From NCBI GenBank assembly GCA_030390025.1, contig CM059434.1:33852001-33916000 (forward strand): 64,000 bases of DNA, read 5' to 3'. The position numbers and the translations under genes are program-made. Below are positions 12,716 through 23,167 of this stretch, piece after piece. A model generated the notes under the pieces. It was not told the DNA's origin, did not search any database, and worked only from the letters and a program-made list of their open reading frames with translations. Source of the stretch: Squalus acanthias (Eukaryota). Numbering within the stretch: the first letter of the stretch is position 1; every line of letters starts with the position of its first letter.

Positions 12716-12790
12716 TGGCAGCTGATGTGGTGGCCTGCCTCTTAACCATGTCACTCCTAAACTAACGGTCACACTTAACCACAATCCTAA
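12716..12790 (-). promoter_or_regulatory. Putative RAG1 proximal promoter: E-box, two RUNX sites, one MYB site
   Basis: CAGCTG 12719-12724, TGTGGT 12726-12731, TAACGG 12763-12768, AACCACA 12777-12783; a second E-box CATCTG at 12646-12651. E proteins, RUNX and MYB are known RAG-locus regulators. Confidence 0.6.
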
Positions 12791-13354
12791 ACTGTGAATG
12801 TTACTTTGTCTATCATTTTCTCCATTATTAAATCAATTGATGCTTTATGTAGCTTTTGAAGTCTTGATTTTTATTTTATATTTTAATCTTATTTAAGTTG
12901 TTTATTTTTCTTTATACTTTTCATTAAATCTTGTATTATATGTATAATCTAAATAGTTATCTTATCTTTATTGTTCGACTTTTATGATCCTGTTATTTAT
13001 TTCTCACTGTTATTTCTTAATGTATTCCCTCACCCCCCAGCAAACGTTACTCTATTTACGGCGATACTGTACCTCCTTTGGTTGTATAAATGTAAAATGC
13101 TGCCATCTTGTGGATTGATTTAGCTTCACAGTGTTTCTCCGGAACTCGGTTCTCAAAACATTGGTGCATTTACAGTAAAACCTAATTAAACGATGAGTGC
13201 ATATTTCTGCTGAATGAATAACGATGGAAAATTTCTTTGTGTAGTCACTGCCCTCCCGATCTAAAAAAAATACTTTAGCTGTACATTCTTGATAAATAGA
13301 CTGGCGTTTATTTTGTTTAAGTTTCTTAACAAAGGATGCACAGAACAACACTTT

Positions 13355-15109
13355 GGCTGTGATTTTGCATCCCGAGGCGGGCTAAGTGCGGCCAAGGTAG
13401 GTGGCGGACGGCGCCCCGCTCCCGATTCCATCCCGCTTTGTGAGAAGAATTTTCCATTGATTGGGCTTGTTAAGCCCGCCCTGCGCGTTTCCCAGCCAAT
13501 TGAAGGAAGCGGGTCTGATGACATCACTTGATGACGCGTCATCAGCCGGTGTCCTTAAAGGGACCATTCGCAAATTTATTTTGATAGTTGTGCTATCTAC
13601 AGCATTGAGGTGCTGCAAACACTGACAAGCACTGCACAAAGGTGCACGGCTGCACCCAGGCTCTCCCATGACACCCTCCATATGCTTATGGAGGGAGTCA
13701 CAGCATGCAGGGAGGTTCTCTTCCCTTCCCATGGGAAGAAGAGACCTCCCCAGGAGACCAACACAACCTGGTTGCACATTGCACAGAAGGGCACAAGCAG
13801 GGATGTGGTCAGGAGGACCTGGGTGCAGTGGCGCAAACCTTTCAATGATCTCAGTAAATGACGAAACATTACTGCAAAGCCACACTCAACCTCATCTGGT
13901 GTGCCTCTCATCACATCCCCATTACTCTGCCTTCCCTACCCTACTCCTGCACATCCTTACTCACATCAACTTACCTTGCACCTCCACCCATCCCTCTCTA
14001 TCTACATTATCAGTTCCCCATCTCACTAGCCACCCCTCACACTCACCCTCATCCTAGTCCAATCATACCAACTAACAACACACAAGGGTGCTTTAGCCAA
14101 TGTTCATGTAAAGTTTCTGTTAATGTGGTGTCAAACTTTGAAATCTTTATTTTCAGCACTTTGCGTTCTTGGACAGATTTGTGCTCACCTTTGGAAGTGG
14201 CTTAGTGAGTTGCAGTGAATGGTGAGACATAGCGGTACCCCCGCAATGGTGATGAGTGTGAAAGGAATGGCTTGGACATTGTAGGCATGCTTTATGGTGT
14301 TGGTGTGGGGTGGTGCCAACCTGGCGCATCATGTGGCAGCCAGGGTGTACAGCATCAAGTGCAGTAAATCTGGCCATGGTGAGGTCATCCTGGGCCTCCC
14401 AGGCAGCAATGTGGTTGGGAACTGATGCCCTGTGTCCTGTGCAGCATCAGTTGATTGCGGGGAAGTTTGGTGTTGTTGTTGGTGCTGCTGGTGCTCCTGG
14501 TGTTGGGGCTGATCATGGTGGGATTCTGAGGACCAAGGTGAAATAGTTTCAAGGGCACCGATGCTGATGGAATAGATGACAGGTGAGGTTGAGATGACAG
14601 AAGCGATCTGTCAATGGTGAGAGAGGTTGTTCCATTGAGGTGACACTGGATAGAGAGTTTGCTCCAAACACTTGCACGCTGCATAAAGCTCAATCTGTCT
14701 TCCAAATGCAGTAAGCAACAGCTTCTGACCTTGGAAAGTGAACAGCTGTGAGATGGGAGCTTTTATAGCACATTTGCAGTTGTCAAGTAAAGAAACGATA
14801 TCATGGTGAGACAACTCCCGACCTGCTTGCCTGATGTGATCCCCGAGCAGCGGGGAACCCATGGGCGACCTCGTAAAATTTAAAGGTGAGCTCAAAATAG
14901 TTTTTAAGTGTCTGTTAACAAGTTCGTAATCATCTAAATTGCCTCCCACGCCACTTGGTGTCGGGTCTGTTCAGTGATGACAGAGCTGACATCTGCGAAA
15001 CTAGCGTGGCGGCGGGTTGACAGCGGGTTCCTTGTCAGCTGTCAAAAAAAAATGTTCCCACCCGACCCGCCACCAAACATGCCCACTGACCCTCCGAAAA
15101 ATTCCCCCC
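13355..15109 (+). mobile_element. Non-autonomous Harbinger family A, copy 2 (inverted relative to copy 1)
   Basis: Colinear with the reverse complement of 478-2221. Starts GGCTGTGATTTTGC. ORF 13610-13861 carries the Myb/SANT-like APRLSHDTLHML...RRTWVQWRKPFNDL. Confidence 0.8.
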
Positions 15110-15329
15110 AAGGTGTCTGCAGACTTATTCTCGCGCCTTGGCCTGGCTTTTGCTTCATATCTGCCCATCTCTTCTTAGTCCCCTGCCTCAACAGCCTTCG
15201 CTAATAGGTTAAGTGGCCTTCTGAAGGCTTTCAGAATTTTGTGACCCTCGATTGTGATGCTATATTTGACTTACACCATGTTGCTCTCTAGATTTGCTCT
15301 TCAGAGGAAAATTGTGTGTAAACAGCCTA

Positions 15330-16910
15330 TTCCATGGGCAGACAAGTGGCAGATGGAATTTAATACAGAGAAGTGTGAGGTGATGCCTTTTGGCACAAGG
15401 AACAGGGAGAGGCAATATACCCTTAATGGCACAGTTTTAAAGAATGTGCAGGGACAGAGGGACCTGGGAATTAATGTGCATAGGTCCCTGAAGGTGGCGG
15501 GACATATTGAGAGAGTGGTTAGCAAAGCATATGGGGGGAAAAATTGGGCCGTGCCCCCTTTGGGGTGCTAACTTCACCAGGGTGCTACTTTTAGCGCCCC
15601 GAAGAAATTAGCACCCCCGCGCCCGAAATTCACTGGTAGCGCCCCAAGAGGGAGGCAGGGCGCTACTGGAAGTGCCCCGCCTCCCTCTTGGGGCGCTACC
15701 AGTAAATATCACGGCGCTATGAGCTGCGGCACGTCGCGCCACGGTACTGCAGGCCTTCCTCCCCTTATTAAAGGGGAGGGGCCTTGCGCAGCGCGACCCA
15801 GGGCCCAGCTGGGCCACCAGGGATCAGAGTGCCGGCAAAAGAGCCCGGCACTCAAGAGAAGTACCGGGCTCATGGAACGCAGCCGGCACTCTGCAGGGGG
15901 GGCTGCTCAGGAGGCCGGGGATGGCAATGGGGGCAGGTACTGGCAGGCGGCCAGCAACAAAAATGGCTGCCCGGTACCGCCCCTTTAATTTGCGCCGCCC
16001 CGGCCACAGGTAAGCCCCCCTGACCCTGTCGGATATAGTGTCCAGCAGTAAGTCAGGGGGCGCTACCGAAGATCACGGCCGGGGCGCAAGCAGGGCGCTG
16101 CGCATGGCGATGACGTCATCGCCAGCGGCGGGGCGCTAACGGTTACTGCCACCACTAACCTCCTGCTGAATTTCACGGGAGGCGTTGGTGGCGCCAGGCC
16201 CGGGCGCTAGTTGCTTTGCGCCCCGTTAGCTAACGGGAGACGCAAATCAACCGAATTTTTCCCCCATGGGATCTTGGGCTTCATAAATAGAGGTATTGAG
16301 TACAAAAGTAGAGAAGTTATGCTGAACCTTTATAAAGCACTGGTTAGGCCACAACTGGAGTATTGCATCCAGTTCTGGTCACCACACTTTAGGAAGGATG
16401 TGAAGGCCCTTGAGAGGGTGCAGAGGAGATTTACCAGAATGGTTCCCGGGGATGGGGGATCTTAGTTACAAGGACAGGTTGGAGAAGCTGGATTTGTTTT
16501 CATTAGAGCAAAGGAGGTTGAGGGGTGATTTGATAGAGGTGTACAAGACTATGACGGGTTTGGATAGGCTAGACGGGGAAAGGCTGTTCCCACTAGTTGA
16601 CGGTACAAGGACTAGGGGACACAGATTGAAGGTTTTGGGCAAGAGATACAGAGGGGATGTGAGGAAAAAACAATTTACGCAGCGAGTGGTGAGGACCTGG
16701 AACTCGCTGCCGACAGAAGTGGTGGAAGCAGAGACACTCAATGTTTTCAAGGGGAGACTGGATAGGCACTTGAGGGAAATAAACTTGCAGGGCTACGGGG
16801 ATAGAGCGGGGGAATGGGACTGACTGGATTGCTCTGCAGAGAGCCGGCACGGACTCGATGAGCCGAATGGCCTCCTTCTGTGCCGTTATGGCTCTATGAC
16901 TCTATGACTC
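15330..16910 (+). mobile_element. CR1 LINE 3' portion, interrupted by a MITE at 15534-16265
   Basis: WADKWQMEFNTEKCEV...KAYG|ILGFINRGIEYKSREVML...LEQRRLRGDLIEVYK...TRGH; ends in the ATGACTCTATGACTC tail. Confidence 0.9.
15534..16265. mobile_element. GC-rich Harbinger-type MITE (family B termini)
   Basis: TIRs GGGGGAAAAATT / AATTTTTCCCCC, TSD ATG. Removing it restores the LINE codons AAA GCA TAT GGG ATC. Many TAGCGCC/GGCGCTA motifs. Confidence 0.85.
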
Positions 16911-17414
16911 CACTTCAGTGGAGCTGAAACTCCATGGCCCTTCTGGTGTACGTCAGCAGGAGTGGGTTGGAAGAGCTGGAGATTAGGCTGGAACCTGGAT
17001 ATGCTGGGTTCCAGCCTAATGTCAGGATTTTGCAGGCCTTGTAAGGGGCAGAGCCTCCACCTTCTCCTTACAAGGTCAGTAGCAGGGCAGTGTCAGGGCT
17101 GGAGACTCTCAATGTCAGGAGTTCCCACGCCTCTGCCTATCAAAGGGTCCCAGCGCAGGATCAGCAGTAGTACATACCATGCTGTCAGACAGTGGAAGTG
17201 GGCCCCATCTGGGGCTTTAGGTCATGATCATGGCCTTGACCCCTGAAGCAAAAGGGATTTAAAAAAATATATTTTAAAGCAGCCCCTTTACAAATGCAGT
17301 TACTAAGGGCACTTTTAAGCTATTTCTGGAGGACACGCGGCACTCCCCTCCCAGAACCAGCAAGTTGCCCTGGACTTTCTGCATGTTGAGGTGGGCGGGT
17401 GCCCTAGGGTTAGA

Positions 17415-17810
17415 TTGTGAGGAGAGATTACATAAACTAGGCTTCCATTTGCTGGAATATAGAAGGTTAAGGGGTGATTTGATTGAGGTGTTTTAGGATT
17501 TTGAAAGGAATTAATAGGGTGGATAGAAAGAAACTTTATCCGCTGGTGGGAGAGTCTAGGACAAGGGGACATAACCTCAAAATCAGCGCCAGGCCATTCA
17601 GGAGAGTAGTTAGGAATCGCTTCTTCGCGCAAAGAGAGGTAGAAGTGTGGAACTCTCGCCCCAAAAATCTGAGATCGATAGATTTTTGCCAGCCAAGGGT
17701 ATAAAAAGGATATGGAGCCAAGGCAGGTGGATGGAGCTAAGATACAGATCTCATTGAAGGCGGAACAGGTTCAAGGGGATGAATGGCTGACTCCTGTTCC
17801 TATGTTCCTA
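17415..17810 (+). mobile_element. CR1 LINE 3' fragment inside an older MITE-like repeat
   Basis: LKGINRVDRKKLYPLVGESRTRGHNLKI; 3' UTR ends CCTATGTTCCT. Confidence 0.8.
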
Positions 17811-17934
17811 GATGTGCCCGTAGTGGCATAGCCATCTTTCCCTGACCCCACCAACTTTGGGCGGGATTTACTCCCTCCGTGAATTTTCAGCCCCAGTGCG
17901 TCTAAAACCCACCAATAGCCATTCTGGCAGTCAT

Positions 17935-18960
17935 TGGCCGTGAAGTTCGGCACCTTGGCACCGGTTGTTAAGGCCGGTTTTGAAAAAAAAATGACGTCCA
18001 CCTCGCTTCCGCCCACTCCCTACGCCGCCCGCGCTGCTTGTCATCTTGGTGAGGGCGATAGCATGGGCGGTACACGAATGCGCCAGCAGTATGCAGAGTA
18101 GGCCGATCGTGATGGCAGTCAGCGTGTAACGCTGATTTGACACACGACCCGCCATTTTGGACATCGCTCCATTCAAAGCCTTCTCCTAAACACGCACAGC
18201 TGAACGTGTGTTCATCTGCACGAGAGACCCCCCACCAGCACTATTCAAAAGGAACCATTCAACTTGCTGGAAAGTTGGTTATTTCTGTTGCTCTGGCTCT
18301 TGCAGAGTTTGTAGGTGTACTGGGTTGCTGGAAGGCATTTCAAAAGTTGTTAAAGTGTGCAGGGAGTGACGCTGGACATTGGGAAGCCGTTGGCTGCTAC
18401 TGGAAGGCCTGTGAGTACACCACCTGCTCCCAGTCATGGGGGTCTAGTTCCAGTCCCCCTCGCGCTGCAACAGGACAGGGAGATGGAGCAGAGGTAGCAA
18501 AGATGACAAGCTGCTGGCAGAGGGAGGAGGAGGAGGGGGAGGAGGGCTCTCAGCAGGAGGCCGAGGGGAGGAGGGCTCTCAGCAGGAGGCCTTACCCACC
18601 TAGGGTCTTCAGGGAGCACTTCTCCAACCTGCGCCTAAGCCAGGATCAGTGTATTCGGAGGCTCTGCTTCACCAAGGAGGCGGTCACAGAACTTTGCCAC
18701 CTTTTGGAACCAGACCTGCAGCCTCAGAGCAGGGCGACGACGGCGCTGCCAGTGGCCTCATGGTGACCGTGGCCCTGAATTTTTTTGTCAGCAGATTCTT
18801 CCAGGGTGGAACAGGCGACATAGCAAACATCTCACAGTTCGCCATCCATCACTGCATCCGGGAGGTCACAGAGGCAGGAGGAGCGCGCACATGGCTTTGC
18901 CAAGATATTGGGCTTCCCCATGGTGCAGGGCCCCGTCGACTGCACACACGTGGCTGCAAA
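17935..18960 (+). mobile_element. Truncated Harbinger transposon with a frameshifted HARBI1-like transposase N-terminal half
   Basis: RRPYPPRVFR...QCIRRLCFTKEAVTELCHLL...ALPV and VTVALNFF...FQGGTGDIANISQ...CIREVTEA; homologous to 28550-29500 on the minus strand. Confidence 0.75.
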
Positions 18961-20645
18961 AGGAAAGGCAAAAGCATTTGCAACCATCCTCAGAAATAAG
19001 TAGCGAGTAGATGATCCTTCTCTGCCTCCTGCTAAGGTCCCAACCGTAATAGATGCCAATCTTCAGCGAAATTGATTCACGCCACGTGACATCAAGAAAC
19101 AGCTGAGTGCCTTGGATACAGCTATGGGCCAAACGACTTCCTGGCTGTAGTCCTGAAAACTTGTGCTCCAGAACTAGCCATACCCCTAGCTGTTCCAGTA
19201 CAGTGACAACACTGGCATTTACCTGGCAATGTGGAAAATTGCCCAGGTATGTCCTTTCCACAAAAAGCAGGACAAATCCAACCCGTCTAATTTTAGTTTC
19301 ATTCCACCAGGGCCGTCTAATTACCGCTCCATCAGCCTACTCCCATTCATTATCAAAGTGAAGGAAGGAAACGCCACGAGCATTATCAAGCAGCACTTAC
19401 TCACCTATAACCAGCTCACCGATGCTCAGTTTCACTTCACCAGGGCCACTCAGCTCCAGACCTCATTAAAGCCTTTGTCCAAACATGGACACGAGAGTTG
19501 AATTCCAGAGGTGAGGTGAAAATGACTGCCCTTGACATCAAGGCAGCATTCGACCAAGTGTAGTACCAAGGAGCCCCATTAAAATTGAAGTCAATGGGGA
19601 TCAGGGGGAAAACTCTCCAGTGGCTAGAGTCTTAACTGGCTCAAAGGAAGATGCTTGTGGTTATTGGAAGCCAATCATCTCAGCCCTAGGACATTGCTGC
19701 AGGAGTTCCTCAGGGCAGCATCCTAGGCCCAATCTTCACCTGTTTCATCAATAGGTCAGAAATGAGGATGTTCGCTGATGACTGCACAGTGTTCAGCTCC
19801 ATGCACAACTCCTCAGATAATGATGCCGTCCATCCCCGCATGCAGCAAGACCTGGACAACATTCAGGCTTGGGCTGATAAGTGGCAAGTAACATTTGCAC
19901 CATATAAGTGTCAGGGAATAATCATCTCAAACAAGAAAGAGCTTAACTACATCCCCTTGACATTCAATGGCATTACCATCGATGAGTCCCCCACCATTAA
20001 TGGGTCACCATTGACCAGAAACTCAATTGGGGTAGCCACATATATGCTGTCCCTACTAGAGCAGGTCAGAGGCTGGGTATTCTGTGGAGAGTGGCTCACC
20101 TCCTAACTCCCAAAGCCTCTCCACCCACAAGGCACAAGTCAGGAGTGTGATGGAATACTCTCCATTTGCCTGGATGGGTGCAGCTGCAACAACATTCAGG
20201 AAGCTCGACACCATCTAGGACGAAGCAGTCTGCTTGATTGGCACCCCAACACAGGCTTAAATATCCATTCCCTCCATCACCAGCATAGCACGGCTTGCAG
20301 TGTGTACTAGCTACAAGATGCACAGCAACAAGTCACCAAGGCTTCTTCAGCAGCACCTCCCAAATCCATGACCTCCACCACCTAGAAGGTCAAGGGCAGC
20401 AGGTGCATGGGAGCACCATCACCTCCAAGTTCCCCTCCAAGTCACACACCATCCTGACTTGGACATATAAAAGCGTTCTTTCTTGTCACTGTGTCAAAAT
20501 CCTAGAGCTTCCTACCTAACAGCACTATGGGAGTACCTTCACCACATGGACTGCAGCAGTTCAAGAAAAAGGCGCACCATCACCTTCTCAAGGACAACTA
20601 GGGATGGGCAATAAATGCCGCCCTTGCTAGCAATGCCCACATCAG
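18960..20645 (+). mobile_element. Second LINE family (CR1/L2-like clade), decayed RT and 3' end
   Basis: ALDIKAAFD, GVPQGSILGP, MFADDCTVF, WADKWQVTFAP. 3' end GCAATAAATGCC...GCCCACATC. Related pieces at 5085-5170, 44745-45205 and 52690-53470. Confidence 0.8.
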
Positions 20646-20744
20646 AAAAAAATCTAAAATAAAACATGTCCATCACATTTCAGGTGTGTCACATTTTATA
20701 GATATATATGTAGCTATATATAGATATATAGATAGATAGGATTT

Positions 20745-22690
20745 GGGAGTAAAAATACACAAATCATTAAAGTAGCGGCGCACGTTAATAAGGCCATTAA
20801 AAACACAAACCAAGCACTGGGGTTTATTTCTAGTGGGATAGAATTGAAAAGTAGAGAAGTTATGATAAACTTGTATCGAACCTTAGTTAGACCACACTTG
20901 GAGTACTGCATACAGTTCTGGTTGGCATATTATAAAAAGGGTATAGAGGCACTGGAGAGGGTACAAAAACGATTTACAAGGATGATACCAGAACTGCAAG
21001 GTTATACCAATCAGGAAAGAATGAACAAGCTGGGTCTCTTTTCTCTTGAAAAAAGAAGGCTGAGGGGTGACCTAATAGAGGTCTTTAAAATTATGAAAGG
21101 TTTTGATAGAGTAGATACAGAGAGATTGGCTGCAATTTCTCCTAACTCAGCGGGTTTGGTGCGGCCGGGGTCGGTGGCGGGGTGCGACCTGCTGCTGGCT
21201 TCAGCCCGCTCTGTGAAATGATTTTACGCTGATTGGGCTTGTTAAGCCCGCCCAGCGTGTTTCCCGGCCAATTGAAGGAAGCGGGTCTGATGACATCATC
21301 AGCCAGTTTCCTTAAAGGGACCATGCGCAAATTGATTTTGACAGTTGTGCTGTCAGTGTTCTACAGCACTGAGGTACTGCAAACACTGACAAGCACTTCA
21401 CAGAGGTTCACGGCTGCACCCAGGCTCTCCCATGACTCCCTCCATATGCTTATGGAGGGAGTCACAGCATGCAGGGAGGTCCTCTTCCCTTCCCATGGCC
21501 AGAAGAGACCTCCCCAGGAGATCAACGCAGCCTGGTTGCACATTGAACAGGAGGACACAAGCAGGGATGTCGTTAGGAGGACCAGGCTGCAGTGGCGCAA
21601 ACCTTTCAATGATCTCAGCAGATCACGAAACGTTACTGCAAAGCCACACTCAGCCTCATCCTCCTGTGCCACTCATCACATCCCCATCACTCTGCCTTCC
21701 CTACCCTTCTCCTGTACATCCTTACTCACACCAACTTACTGTTGCACCTCCACCCATCCCTCTCTATCTACATTATCAGTTTCCCATCTCATTAGCCACC
21801 CCTCACACTCACCCTCATACTTGCCCAATCATACCAAGTAACAACACACAAGGGTAAGCACTTGGGTGTTTTAGCCATTGTTCATGTGAAGTTTCTGTTA
21901 ATGTGCTGTCAAACATTGAAATCTTTATTTTCAGCATTTTGCGTTCTTGGACAGATTTGTGTACCCACTGCAATGGCAATGAGTGTGAAAATAATGGCTT
22001 GGACATTGTAGGGATGCTTTATGGTGTTGGTGTGGGGTGGTGCCAACCTGGCACATCATGTGGCAGCCAAGGTGTACAGCTTCAAGTGAAGTAAATCCGG
22101 CTATGGTGAGGCCACCTCTGGCATCCTGGGCAGCAATGTAGTTGGGTGCTGATGCCCTGTGTCCTGTGCAGCATCAGTTGATTGCGGAGAAGGTTGGTCT
22201 TGTTGTTGGTGCTGCTGGTGTGCCTGGTGCTATTGGTGTTGGGGCTGATCGTGGTGGGATTCTGAGGACCAAGGTGAGATAGTTTCAAGGGCACTAATGC
22301 TGATGGAATAGATGGCAGGTGAAGTTGAGCTGACAGAAGTGATCTGTCAATAGTGAGAGAGGTTGTTCCAATGAAGCGACACTGGATAGAGAGTTTGCTC
22401 CAAACACTTGTAAGCTGCATAAAGCTCAATCTGTCTTCCAAATGCAGTAAGCAACAGCTTCTAACCTTGGAAAGTGAACAGCTATGAAATGGGAGCTTTT
22501 ATAGAAAGTTTGCAGCTGTCAAGTTAAGAAATCATCCCATGCTGACACTAGCATATGAGGGAGAAGGGAATAGAGGATAATGCTGAAATAGTTAGATGAG
22601 GAAGGATTGGAGGAGGCTCGCATGGAGCATAAACGCTGACATGGGCTGTTTGGGCCAAAAGGCCTGTTTCTGTGCTGTATATTCTATTTA
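20745..22690 (+). mobile_element. CR1 3' fragment (20745-21127, 22549-22690) containing truncated Harbinger family A copy 3 (21128-22547)
   Basis: ORF 20844 reads KSREVMINLYRTLVRPHLEYC...KGFDRVDTER, then the GGCTGCAATTTC terminus and sequence colinear with copy 2. The CR1 3' UTR resumes near 22549. Confidence 0.8.
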
Positions 22691-22850
22691 ATTCTATGTA
22701 ATATAGATGCATAGATAGATAAATAATTACACAGAAAGGCAAACCAATAGCTATAGATAGATTTTTTATAGATTTTGAACTCCTGTACATAGACTCCACA
22801 GAGCATTTACAATGTTTTTTACAACATTAAACAGCACGTATGAGATCCTA

Positions 22851-22856
22851 TTTATT
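22851..22856 (-). terminator. Candidate ELF5 polyadenylation signal AATAAA
   Basis: TTTATT on the + strand, about 230 nt past the ELF5 stop and before TE DNA begins. Confidence 0.45.
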
Positions 22857-23082
22857 ACCAGTTTGTTGAATATTTTGGCCTTATTATGCTATATTTTCAC
22901 AAAAGAAATCCAACAAGGTGAAGGCAAAGATTTAATTTTGAATAGAAAAGTGATCACATAGCCTAGTTGAGCTGACTACTGACTGAGGATGGTGTATCGT
23001 CTGAAGATGGTGCCGGCTCATGCTAGCACAGTCCCTTATCTTCAATCAATCCAGGTTAAAGTTGACTGGTAAATGAAGACTT

Positions 23083-23167
23083 TTATCTCCAGCCATACGC
23101 TCTCCTTCCAAACTTGTACATTAACCTTCTATCCACGCGATCCAGAATCCCAGATCTGTAATAATGT
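23083..23167 (-). CDS. ELF5: ELF5 last coding exon ([27 protein letters not shown])
   Basis: Acceptor ttttcag|A, phase 2, completes the ETS domain, TAA at 23085-23083. Confidence 0.92.

Noticed and set aside
478-15109. RAG1 inversion between the two Harbinger copies as the cause of ELF5 adjacency
   Set aside because: Copy 1 keeps matching AAT TSDs and contiguous host CR1 on both sides, so no crossover has occurred.
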